From: Planctomycetota bacterium
GTDB taxonomy: Bacteria; Planctomycetota; UBA1135
Length of the DNA stretch: 64,000 nt
Assembly (NCBI GenBank): GCA_045047305.1
Contig: JASFYO010000036.1
Coordinates: 1 to 64,000, forward strand
Direction: 5' to 3'
Below are positions 41,673 to 50,735 of this stretch, one piece after another; positions within the stretch are counted from its first letter, which is position 1, and each line of letters starts with the position of its first letter. The position numbers were made by a program, and so were the translations under genes. The notes under the pieces were generated by a model, which ran no database searches, had not been told where the DNA came from, and saw nothing but the letters and a program-made list of their open reading frames with translations.

Positions 41673-42986
41673 CTATGGAATGATGCGGCAGGCTCCACGG
41701 TTCTCCATCGCTAAGCGATAGAGGAAGGCACGTTCCTTTGGGCTTGCTCCCAGGGAAATAGTGCTGATGCGATTGCCCCGCCAGCGATTCCACCGCGCCA
41801 CCCGTGCCAAAATACGTAGTGGGTCCACAATCTCACCGACGGATGGGGCGCCGTCACTTAGCAAAAGCACTTCCTCGACCCCTTCTTCTCCAAAAGCACG
41901 GTCCAAACCACCAAAAAGATTGGTTCCACCGGCAAAGGTATGCGCCTCCACGAATTCGGTGGCCTGGGCAAGAACCATTTGTGACACCGGCACCATTTTC
42001 TGCTGAAAATCATACAGATCCGATCCAAAAAAAATCACGTTAAAGCGCGCGGTCGACGGCAAGCGCGGAAGCATCTTCACAAATTCTGCAACCGACTTAC
42101 TTGCACGAGTTTCTTGACGCTGTCCTGGCAAAACCCCATTCATGGATCCGGAGCTGTCCAAAACAAAAACCACGCGATCACTGTAAATCGGGATGCCCAT
42201 GTAGGAGAGGGTCGCAGCCTCAGCATTTGGATCTGGCTCACGGCGAAACTCGGTGCCGTCGGCCTTGTGCTTTAGATAGAAATGCTTCCAGGTTTTGTAA
42301 TCATTGGCAATGCGGTAGCCAGTAATAACTTGGAGCATCTCCACCACTTCATTCGCAGCACGCCCCTCGGCGACAGCGAGCAAGTCGATAAGAGCAGAGA
42401 CATAATCTTGACTCGGTTCGCGACGCAGCACATCTAAGCACTCATAAAGCATGGCGCCTTCTTCCATTTGCAATCGGCGCAAGGCTTCCACCTCTGCAAA
42501 ATGTGATTCGCGGTCGGCAAGTGCGCGCAAGGCTGCCATCCGTACCATGGGCTTTTCTTTGCGGTCGCGAAGGAATTGACGCCCCATCAACTCCCCAGTT
42601 TCACTTTGGAGCACCAAGGCATAAGTTACTTCGGCGCGCACTTCGGGCCTGCGGTCACGCTTCATGCCGGCCAACTCCTTCAAACCTTTAGGCCCGGCAA
42701 GGCCCAAACACCGCGCATAATCGGCCATGGAATCACCGCGTGCCATCGATTTCACATGGCGCAAGGCCTCGTAAGGAACTGGCTCCGAGCGATAAGCCAA
42801 AAGTTCCAAAGCCAACATCCGCACTTCTCCGCTTTGCGCCCGGTCTTTCAGCGATGCCACTAACTGAGCCTGGTTCGGCTCGGCAATCCGACCGAACGGA
42901 CGATAGGAACTTCCATTCTTATAGATTTCGCCCGTAGAAATGGGGCTTTGGAATGCCAGGAGAAGAAGAAGACTTAGGAATGCCAT
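41673..42986 (-). CDS. Secreted HEAT-repeat plus VWA domain protein
   Basis: Helical repeats; complete MIDAS DSSGSM, GGTN, LLSDG. Confidence 0.8.
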   Translation of the reverse strand: MAFLSLLLLLAFQSPISTGEIYKNGSSYRPFGRIAEPNQAQLVASLKDRAQSGEVRMLALELLAYRSEPVPYEALRHVKSMARGDSMADYARCLGLAGPKGLKELAGMKRDRRPEVRAEVTYALVLQSETGELMGRQFLRDRKEKPMVRMAALRALADRESHFAEVEALRRLQMEEGAMLYECLDVLRREPSQDYVSALIDLLAVAEGRAANEVVEMLQVITGYRIANDYKTWKHFYLKHKADGTEFRREPDPNAEAATLSYMGIPIYSDRVVFVLDSSGSMNGVLPGQRQETRASKSVAEFVKMLPRLPSTARFNVIFFGSDLYDFQQKMVPVSQMVLAQATEFVEAHTFAGGTNLFGGLDRAFGEEGVEEVLLLSDGAPSVGEIVDPLRILARVARWNRWRGNRISTISLGASPKERAFLYRLAMENRGACRIIP

Positions 42987-43011
42987 GGCGGTGCTCCCTT
43001 ACAGTATGCAC

Positions 43012-43353
43012 ATGCTCCTCCGCATTAACCTTGAACTTCCAGGTTTCCAGGATGCTCTGGCCGAATTCTTGCCTAAGGGCATGACGGTCGATTCTTGTGA
43101 AATGGACGAAAACGCACTCCGTTTGGCGTGCCGCGCCCCCATCATCGGCAAGCTAGTGCTGAAAGCTAAGGTCAGCGTGAAAGCCGGTGGATTAAGCCTG
43201 CGTGGCTTCGAATTAGAAGGTGCTGGCCTGGCACGCTCGATGGTGCTTGGCAAATTACGCGACAAGCTTTCCGGATTGGATGTCCGCAGCGGCTCCATGC
43301 GGGTCTGGGGGGATAGCGATGGGTCGGTAGCGTATCTATCATGGCCCCTATGA
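43012..43353 (+). CDS. Hypothetical protein
   Basis: Fills the gap; TGA overlaps the next ATG (ATGA); -10-like TACAGT 6 nt before ATG 43012. Confidence 0.6.
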   Translation: MLLRINLELPGFQDALAEFLPKGMTVDSCEMDENALRLACRAPIIGKLVLKAKVSVKAGGLSLRGFELEGAGLARSMVLGKLRDKLSGLDVRSGSMRVWGDSDGSVAYLSWPL

Positions 43354-45545
43354 AGGTGCAGAACCTGCTTCAAGGCGTCCTTGTTGGCGCTTGCATGGCC
43401 GGATGGGCTAGTTTGATCGAGGCGTTCTCGGTCTACAGCGCATTCCCATATCACGCCGACCCACTCGTTTGGGCGGCCCTCCTACCTAAATACCTCCTCT
43501 GCGGCGGCGTTCTAGGCCTCCTGTGCAGTTTAGCTTTGCCTTTGGTGAGCAGCTCCAAGGCGCGCAAGGACGATTTCAACCTTCATCACGGCATCCTCAC
43601 TTTGGTTGCTGGCGTGAGCTTGGTGTTGCTGCTCGAAGCCCGCATGGTTTGGGTCCCGGTCGACGTCTCGACTCTCAGCACCAAGATGCTGGTGACCTTT
43701 GCCATGATCCTTGGTGGTGGTGTGGTGGCCTATGCGGTGCTTTACCGCCTGGCCTCCACCTCTTTTGGGTGGGCCTTCAGCTCCTTCTTTAGTCGCTTCG
43801 CCACCGTGGTCGGACTAGGCGTTTTAGTTGTGCTTGGCACGATTTCCATCGTACTCCCCGTGCGCCCGGCCTTACTCGCCGAACCTGACCGCGCCAGTGC
43901 CGCCATCGACGGCTCACCCAATGTATTGTTTTTGGTGCTCGACACCACCTCGGCACGTCACCTTGGCACCTACGGTTATCACCGCGCGACTAGCCCGCAG
44001 CTCGATGCCTTCGCAGAAGAAGGCGTGGTCTTTGAAAATGCTTTTTCTGCCGCGCCGTGGACCCTGCCTTCGCACTGCTCCATGTTTACGGGTCTCCTGC
44101 CTAACTCGCACGGCACTGGCTGGACCCGCCCCCGCCTGCCCGATGGCATGGCCGACGTTAAAGATTTAGTGCACTATGATGTCCACACGATTTCAGAAGA
44201 ACTTGCACTTCGTGGCTACGACACCGCGACGGTAGCGGAAAAATCTTGGCTAACCTTTAACTCCGGCTTGTCTCAAGGCTTCGAAAAGTTTTATGACTAC
44301 TCGTTGCCAAACCTTGAAGAGCGCTTCTTCCTCCATCGTTTCTGGACCCGCTACCGCAACAAGTTTGGTTCTCGGGTCACGCCTCCAGTCGACAAAGGAG
44401 GCGCGCGAATCGTGGAGACTGCGTTAGATTGGATCGGCGGAAATCGCAGCCGTGATCAAGACCGCCCGTTCTTCCTGTTCATGAACCTGAACGAGGCGCA
44501 TGATCCATATCAACCACCAGAAGAATTCTGGGGCCATTTCTTGCCCGAAGGCATTTCGATTGCCGACAGTCATGAACTCGATGCGCGCAACAATACCCAG
44601 GGTCAACATGAAATTATTCTTGGGGATTGGGACATCAATGATCGAGACATGGAAATCTTCAAGTCGCTTTACGATGACGAGATCCTCTACCAAGATGGCT
44701 TGCTCGGACGCCTACTCGATGGCATCGAAGAGCTCGGGCTTATGGAAGACACGCTCATCGTGATTACGGCAGATCATGGAGAGGAATTCGGCGAGCTCGA
44801 TCACCGCGTAGGGCACCAGTTAGCTTTGGCCGACACCTTGCTGCATGTACCACTCATCATGCGCTACCCAAGTCAGTTACCCGCTGGCCGCCGTGTCGAG
44901 TCCCTGGCATCCACCATCGACATTTACCCGACCATCTTAGATGTAATCGAAAACGCACATGGGCAAGGCCCTCCTGCGCCAACCGTGGAGCTCCTTTCCA
45001 TCGAAGGAGTCAGTCAACTGCCAGCGATGCAAGACGGCATTCCGGTGCGGGACATAGTGATGGCGCACTACTTCAACCCGACTTCGTACCTCACCGGATT
45101 CGATGAATGGAATACCGATTACCCAGACGGAGGCTTGAGGGAGGAAGTCTCCCGCACTATGCGCTCCATCGATGTTCTACGCAGCGCCGATCACAAACTC
45201 TATATCTTTGGTGATGGGCAACGCGCTTTCATCAATTTAGCCGACGACCCACAGGAACTCGGCAGTATTGCGCAGACCATCCCTGAAAATATGGAAGAGC
45301 GCGCAGCCTTCTTTGAAGAACGCTTCTGGCGCCAGCTTGCCTCGTACGAAAGCGCACGGGAGATTCTAGTTGGTCAGCTTTCTTGGCACCGTCGCAACGT
45401 GAAGTGGCACAATGCGAAAGTGAACATAGATGCGAGCAACGTCACGTCGCTGGAGCAAACGGGATACGTAGGATCGACCGATAGCGACGGCACCGAAGCC
45501 AAGGAGCCGCTTACTCTGCCGCCGGTTCTGGATCTACCGAAATAG
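43350..45545 (+). CDS. Membrane-anchored sulfatase-like (alkaline phosphatase superfamily) protein
   Basis: About 5 TM, PNVLFLVLDT, APWTLPSH, HDPY, TADHGEEF, LHVPLI. Confidence 0.85.
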   Translation: MKVQNLLQGVLVGACMAGWASLIEAFSVYSAFPYHADPLVWAALLPKYLLCGGVLGLLCSLALPLVSSSKARKDDFNLHHGILTLVAGVSLVLLLEARMVWVPVDVSTLSTKMLVTFAMILGGGVVAYAVLYRLASTSFGWAFSSFFSRFATVVGLGVLVVLGTISIVLPVRPALLAEPDRASAAIDGSPNVLFLVLDTTSARHLGTYGYHRATSPQLDAFAEEGVVFENAFSAAPWTLPSHCSMFTGLLPNSHGTGWTRPRLPDGMADVKDLVHYDVHTISEELALRGYDTATVAEKSWLTFNSGLSQGFEKFYDYSLPNLEERFFLHRFWTRYRNKFGSRVTPPVDKGGARIVETALDWIGGNRSRDQDRPFFLFMNLNEAHDPYQPPEEFWGHFLPEGISIADSHELDARNNTQGQHEIILGDWDINDRDMEIFKSLYDDEILYQDGLLGRLLDGIEELGLMEDTLIVITADHGEEFGELDHRVGHQLALADTLLHVPLIMRYPSQLPAGRRVESLASTIDIYPTILDVIENAHGQGPPAPTVELLSIEGVSQLPAMQDGIPVRDIVMAHYFNPTSYLTGFDEWNTDYPDGGLREEVSRTMRSIDVLRSADHKLYIFGDGQRAFINLADDPQELGSIAQTIPENMEERAAFFEERFWRQLASYESAREILVGQLSWHRRNVKWHNAKVNIDASNVTSLEQTGYVGSTDSDGTEAKEPLTLPPVLDLPK

Positions 45546-47403
45546 CTTCCAGCACCCCGTACTGCTCCGCCCACGGACGCAAATCCCAAACCTCGGTACC
45601 TAAGTTGCCGAGGTTTTTGCTTGGCTCACCAAACATCTTTTCGATGATGGCACGACCTTGAGTCGACTGTTCCACCAAGTTATCCATGAACTGTTTGACG
45701 CCAAACAAGCGCATTTTTTCACCATTCTTGACCGCAGGGTTAAAGCGGAATGGCATCAATGCCACCATCAGCTTCTGTTGCGCTGTTTCAGCTGGCTGCG
45801 GCGCACGGGAAGGAGCACGGAAGTCTGGCCTGCGGTGAAACACCACGAAGCGCACATCCTTATCCACCACCAGCTCGCGACGCCAAGCCTCTAACTCGCC
45901 GTCGCTAAGAATTTCTAAATCAACCGGCAGGAACTGCGGCAGCCCGAGGATGTCGGTATCGACTTCCGCTGGATGCAAAGCGCGCATCAAATCAGTCTGC
46001 AGTCCATCCAAAGCACTCGGCAAAATGTGAGAGGTATAGCCCGCCAGCAAACGCTTCTGGTGAGAAGTTTGCAGCCACATGGTGTAGGCATCGCGGTAAT
46101 CAATCGGCATTTCGAGAACGGCGTAATCCATTGGATCTTCTGCCATCACCTCGTAGACCTTCGCCTGGCGCATGGCGATCGGTTTAGGTTTGGGCAGCTG
46201 CAACTCAAAGGCCATCAACACGATGAGCAAAAAGGTGGCTACGGCTCCGCGTTGAATCTGGATTTCTCGCAGGCCATAGGCAATCACACCAGTGATGCCC
46301 AGAATAAGCAAAATCAAGAAACGATGCGGCACGCGAATCATGTTCAGCACTGGAAGGTGAGGAAATAGCGCCATCGGCATCGGAATGTTTTCCATCGCCC
46401 GATTCATCACCACCAAATGTGGGCCTTGCACCAGCAAAAATCCAAGCAAGAGTAGGCACCAAAAACTGCCAACACCCTTAGTCCGCACCCGCCATGCAGT
46501 AAATAACAGGATGAGCATAGTGGACCACCCTAAAATGACCGGCCAAAACAGATGCCCGCCCAATCCATTTGGCGACATCCCGGTTAACTGCATTTCGCCG
46601 ACATAGCGGATTGGATCCTCCAACTCGCCTCCTCCACCGGCTTCACCCATTTGATCCATCAACGGGCGCACGCCCGGAAGCATCAGCGCGGCGGCAATCC
46701 CACCCATCACTAGCAGCTGCAACCAGAACTTGGTGTCGGCGAAACGTTTATCACGCAGCATCTTCACCAGCAACAACGCGCCGCCGGCCATGGCGCAGAA
46801 AATTGGTTGATACCAATCGGTATAGCCGGAAAGGGCCAACATCGTTGCGGTAAAAATCACCGCCTTCCACGAACGGTGATCGTACATCCACAACAGCCCA
46901 AGCAACACCAATGCCATCCATTGGAACTGCACGTTGTTTAACTGCGTAATCATCGCAGTGTGATATGGATTGAAGGTAAAAAACACCCCCGCGCCAAAGG
47001 CTGCAAGCGGAGCACCCGTGAGGTAACGCGCTAAAGCCCATCCACCAAGCCCGCTGAACAGGAAGGCGGAGAGGAATAAGACGGTATGCGCTGTTCCAAC
47101 CGTCAAGCCCAAGCTTTGCTGCAAAACAGCCGCGGGTATCGAGTTGGTGAAGGAGATGGTGTGGAACGCCAGCGAGGTGCCCGTAGGAGAGAACAAGCGG
47201 TCCGTTTGGTAATAGGCTTGTCCTGCTTCTTGTGCGTGGTCCACCCACCACAGATTCCAACTGTTCTGGAAGAAGTCGCGACCGACCGACCATACCTGAT
47301 CAGGATCCACCACCATGGGCCAAAAATAAATAGCCGTCAGCCCTGCGAAACCAACCAACACCAGGAAGATTTCGCTAGCGGTGAGTTTCTGTCCTTCGTT
47401 CAT
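45511..47403 (-). CDS. GT-C-like (YfhO/RgtA-type) polytopic membrane protein
   Basis: D..QNSWNLWW, LFSPTG.SLAFH, FTFNPYH, IRVPHRF, QTSHQK.LLAGY. Confidence 0.6.
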   Translation of the reverse strand: MNEGQKLTASEIFLVLVGFAGLTAIYFWPMVVDPDQVWSVGRDFFQNSWNLWWVDHAQEAGQAYYQTDRLFSPTGTSLAFHTISFTNSIPAAVLQQSLGLTVGTAHTVLFLSAFLFSGLGGWALARYLTGAPLAAFGAGVFFTFNPYHTAMITQLNNVQFQWMALVLLGLLWMYDHRSWKAVIFTATMLALSGYTDWYQPIFCAMAGGALLLVKMLRDKRFADTKFWLQLLVMGGIAAALMLPGVRPLMDQMGEAGGGGELEDPIRYVGEMQLTGMSPNGLGGHLFWPVILGWSTMLILLFTAWRVRTKGVGSFWCLLLLGFLLVQGPHLVVMNRAMENIPMPMALFPHLPVLNMIRVPHRFLILLILGITGVIAYGLREIQIQRGAVATFLLIVLMAFELQLPKPKPIAMRQAKVYEVMAEDPMDYAVLEMPIDYRDAYTMWLQTSHQKRLLAGYTSHILPSALDGLQTDLMRALHPAEVDTDILGLPQFLPVDLEILSDGELEAWRRELVVDKDVRFVVFHRRPDFRAPSRAPQPAETAQQKLMVALMPFRFNPAVKNGEKMRLFGVKQFMDNLVEQSTQGRAIIEKMFGEPSKNLGNLGTEVWDLRPWAEQYGVLEAISVDPEPAAE

Positions 47404-47798
47404 GCCAGCAGTGCAGCGCCTAAGAGGTAAACCGCATGCGCAGCGCCAAGCACCGTGAGGTCATAAGGTTTCCACTGCCAACTTCGGCGCTTTCTGCGCA
47501 TCACCCAAGCAATGCTTGCTGCTTCTATGTTCCAAAACCATAACCAAGCCGCCACAAGCGCCACAACCCAGCCTAAGGTGTTGCCATCTAACTGAGAATC
47601 ACTGAGACCCAAAGCACCGGATGCATAAAGCACATAGCCTCCGCCTAGGCTGACCACCCGCGCCAGCAATAAAAGTTTCACCGTAGGGCGGAAGCTACGC
47701 CCTATCGTGAACCAGATGACCCACCAATGCAGGAAAAGGACAATCGGGACCAGGATGGGATGAAGGCAGGCGTGGAACAGTTCCGCTAACGGGCTCAC
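47400..47798 (-). CDS. Hypothetical 4-TM membrane protein
   Basis: Hydrophobic; GTGA and ATGA overlaps with its neighbours. Confidence 0.65.
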   Translation of the reverse strand: MSPLAELFHACLHPILVPIVLFLHWWVIWFTIGRSFRPTVKLLLLARVVSLGGGYVLYASGALGLSDSQLDGNTLGWVVALVAAWLWFWNIEAASIAWVMRRKRRSWQWKPYDLTVLGAAHAVYLLGAALLA

Positions 47799-48103
47799 GC
47801 CAAGGCCTCCTGGCAACGCGAGCGTAATTCCTCGATAGTGAAGAGTCCGGTATCGTGGCCGTCATCGAACAGCACGCGATAAGCGTAGCGGCCGACGGGT
47901 TGCATATCCTTTAATCCAATGTCTTCCGGAACCTTTTCCGGATCCACTTGGCGCGCTCCGGTGATTTCATTCACGCAAAAAGCACAAGGGCAACTAATGC
48001 GTAACTCGCGAATGCCTAAGGCACTCACGAGTCCGTCCGACCAGGTAAACCTTAATTGGTCACCTTCCCGCTTTAGGCCGGTAAGCCGGGAGTCCATCGC
48101 CAA
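47795..48103 (-). CDS. DUF971 / GBBH-like N-terminal domain protein
   Basis: WSDG, LR..CPCAFC, VGRYA, FDDGHDTG.F. Confidence 0.85.
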   Translation of the reverse strand: MAMDSRLTGLKREGDQLRFTWSDGLVSALGIRELRISCPCAFCVNEITGARQVDPEKVPEDIGLKDMQPVGRYAYRVLFDDGHDTGLFTIEELRSRCQEALA

Positions 48104-48118
48104 GCTCGACCTTCGAGG

Positions 48119-48862
48119 TCAGGCTTCCATCTCCCGATCTTCTTGCGGCGATTTATCGTAACGCGCACGCACATTTTGCCGACCCATGTCGCGCAAGCGC
48201 AGGGAAGACTTACGCAGCCCAAGATCATGCGCTTTGGAGACTACGCTTTTCACCGTTCGGTTTAAGTGATCGGCAATCGAAAGATTATCTTGTTCCGGGT
48301 AAAGTCGCCGAAGCTCCTCCACCTCCTCCGGACGCCAACGTGGCATCTTGACTGGAGGTCCAGAGCCAGCGCGGCGCTGGTAGCCCTTGTCTTTCGCTAG
48401 ACAAAGTTCCTTCGCCTTTTCTTCGATTCGATCCGCAGGGCGGCCAAGGATTAACGAAACGTCTTCAGTGGCGCGGGTGCCATAAAAACGCTTCAGGAGT
48501 TGCAGGTCAGCCGATGTCCAAGCGCGCTGTTGCACTTCGCCGCGAAGCTGGTGCACCTTGCGTTCAATCTCTCCGACAGGTCGGCGCAGAATGCGGGCGA
48601 TGACATCGAAATCCGTAGCGCCAAGATAGCCTTTCAGCTTGCGCACTTCCTTCGCTGTCCACGGGCCCATTTGGGCCTCGCCTTCAAAAACTTTGCCAAT
48701 CATGCGGCGGACACTCTGCACTGTGCGGTTCAATTCCTGCGCAATCTGAACTTCTGTTTTGAAGCCATACATGCGTCGCAACCTTTCAATTTCCGGATAG
48801 GACCATCGTCCTTTCCGGCGACCTTGAGGGTTTGGGGAGTTCATTCCGTCAGATGCGGTCAT
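48119..48862 (-). CDS. Four-repeat Myb/SANT (GcrA-DBD-like) HTH protein
   Basis: Gapless repeats anchored at W20, W68, W115, W176; very basic. Confidence 0.7.
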   Translation of the reverse strand: MTASDGMNSPNPQGRRKGRWSYPEIERLRRMYGFKTEVQIAQELNRTVQSVRRMIGKVFEGEAQMGPWTAKEVRKLKGYLGATDFDVIARILRRPVGEIERKVHQLRGEVQQRAWTSADLQLLKRFYGTRATEDVSLILGRPADRIEEKAKELCLAKDKGYQRRAGSGPPVKMPRWRPEEVEELRRLYPEQDNLSIADHLNRTVKSVVSKAHDLGLRKSSLRLRDMGRQNVRARYDKSPQEDREMEA

Positions 48863-48904
48863 CGCAGTTGATTCTCGCTCGGGTTCCAGGGAGCGGGGTG
48901 GGGT

Positions 48905-48960
48905 GTGGAGTCAAACTCCACGTGTGTTCCAGTATCAGACAATTCATGGCCTCCGTGCAA
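48905..48960 (-). promoter_or_regulatory. Candidate sigma70 promoter with downstream palindrome
   Basis: TTGCAC-N18-GATACT on the minus strand; GTGGAGT-CAA-ACTCCAC at 48905-48921. Confidence 0.45.
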
Positions 48961-48972
48961 TGAAAAATCGTG

Positions 48973-50727
48973 CTAAGTCTTGTGGGAACCTACGCTTTCG
49001 ACAACTTTCTGCCATGCCTGCGAGGTCAAATCATCCAAAATGCCTAAAGCATCCTTAGATGTACTCGCACGCGCAGCCTGTCGCGCAGTTTCCCGTAAAG
49101 ACTCAATATCGACCTCTCGCAGCAAGGCTTTAATTTCTGGGACAAAAAGTGGGGACATGGAGAGGCCTCCAAAGCCCACTCCTGCGAGGAAAAACGCTCC
49201 TGCGGGCTGTCCGGCCATCTCGCCACAAACCGAGGCTGGGACGCCAGCTTCTTGGCAAACCCTTGCGATGTAACGCAAGACGCGCAAATTCGCCGGATGA
49301 TAGGGTTGATACAAATCGGAGACCCAAGGATTATCGCGGTCAACCGCAAACAAGTATTGAGTGAGGTCATTGGTGCCTACGGAAATGAAATCCACCTCCT
49401 TCACCAGGTCCGGCAAGGCCATGGCGGCGGCAGGAACTTCAATCATCACCCCAAAACGCACGCCCAGGTCTTCCGTACCGGCGATCGCGTAGAGCAAATC
49501 CTTCGCTTGGCGCACCTCCTCCACCGTGGTCACCATGGGCAACATAATGTTGACGCCACCATGCCCCCGGCATTCGCGCAATGCCTGCAGTTGCATCAGA
49601 AATAAATCTTGCCATTTCAAGCTCAAACGCAATCCGCGCCAACCCAATGCAGGGTTCGCTTCTTCCGGAGTGCTGAAGTAGCGAAGCGGCTTGTCTCCAC
49701 CGATGTCCAGAGTGCGAAAGGTGACGGTTTTGCCAGGAAAGCAGTTTAGCACCGAACTGTAGATTTCTTTCTGCTCCTCCACCGATGGGAAGGATGGGCG
49801 TTCCATATAAGCAAACTCAGTACGAAACAATCCAACTCCGCTAACCGTTTCCAAATCGAACATGTCCAAATCACGTGGCGACTCAATGTTCACCAAGATT
49901 TTGACTTCGGTGCCATCCGCGGTGTGTCCGGCTTCTTTTGCGGCATCGGCCAAGACATCGCGTACGTGCGAGAGTTCCGAGGAGCGGGTGAGTGCAGCTT
50001 CTTGCTCTTCGGTGGTTGCGCCGAGAATGACCGTAGCGCTATCACCGTAAACCACACAAGGTTGGCCAGAACGTGCCCGTTCATCGACTCCTTCCATACC
50101 GGTCACGGTTGGAATGCCATAACTACGCGCGATCACTGCGCCGTGGCTGTAACGTCCTCCACGCGAACAAATGATGGCGGCGATTTTTTCGCGCGGATAG
50201 CTCACCACCAAAGTTGGGGTCAGCTCTTCCGCAACCAATACCAAACTTCCAGAGCCAACACTACGCGCCGCCTCAACATCGCTTTCGCTGAGTTGCTCGA
50301 GCACGGAATTCCATGGATCGCGCAAGTCGGCGGCCCAGGATTTCATGTCGCCACCTTCTAAGCTATCAAACAACTTGCCGAACTTATCCAGCAGGGCTTG
50401 AATGGCTGATTCTGGTGCCATCAGCTCGTCCATCACCCAGCGACGCAAATCCTTAACCGCTTCCGGGTCCATCAACACTGCAGCTTGGGCGGCGTAAATG
50501 GCAGCATCTTGCAGACCAAGTTCTTTCGCCGTGGCTGCTTGGATTTCCTCAAGCTTCTTAAGCGCAGCCGTTCGCGCATCCGTAAGGATTTTCCACGACG
50601 GCTCGGCATCGTGCGCATCGATGCGACGCAAGGGAATGCGCCTTTTGGTGTGAGTTAGGGCTACGAACACGGAGCCAACCCCCACACCAGGTGCGATGTA
50701 CGTTCCGTTTAGCTCGATGCGTTCCAA
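48973..50727 (-). CDS. ptsI: PEP-protein phosphotransferase (PTS enzyme I), no GAF domain
   Basis: GGRYSHGAVIAR phospho-His, GLFRTEF, RTLDIGGDK, GTNDLTQY, CGEMAG. Confidence 0.93.
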   Translation of the reverse strand: MERIELNGTYIAPGVGVGSVFVALTHTKRRIPLRRIDAHDAEPSWKILTDARTAALKKLEEIQAATAKELGLQDAAIYAAQAAVLMDPEAVKDLRRWVMDELMAPESAIQALLDKFGKLFDSLEGGDMKSWAADLRDPWNSVLEQLSESDVEAARSVGSGSLVLVAEELTPTLVVSYPREKIAAIICSRGGRYSHGAVIARSYGIPTVTGMEGVDERARSGQPCVVYGDSATVILGATTEEQEAALTRSSELSHVRDVLADAAKEAGHTADGTEVKILVNIESPRDLDMFDLETVSGVGLFRTEFAYMERPSFPSVEEQKEIYSSVLNCFPGKTVTFRTLDIGGDKPLRYFSTPEEANPALGWRGLRLSLKWQDLFLMQLQALRECRGHGGVNIMLPMVTTVEEVRQAKDLLYAIAGTEDLGVRFGVMIEVPAAAMALPDLVKEVDFISVGTNDLTQYLFAVDRDNPWVSDLYQPYHPANLRVLRYIARVCQEAGVPASVCGEMAGQPAGAFFLAGVGFGGLSMSPLFVPEIKALLREVDIESLRETARQAARASTSKDALGILDDLTSQAWQKVVESVGSHKT

Positions 50728-50735
50728 AGCTTACC

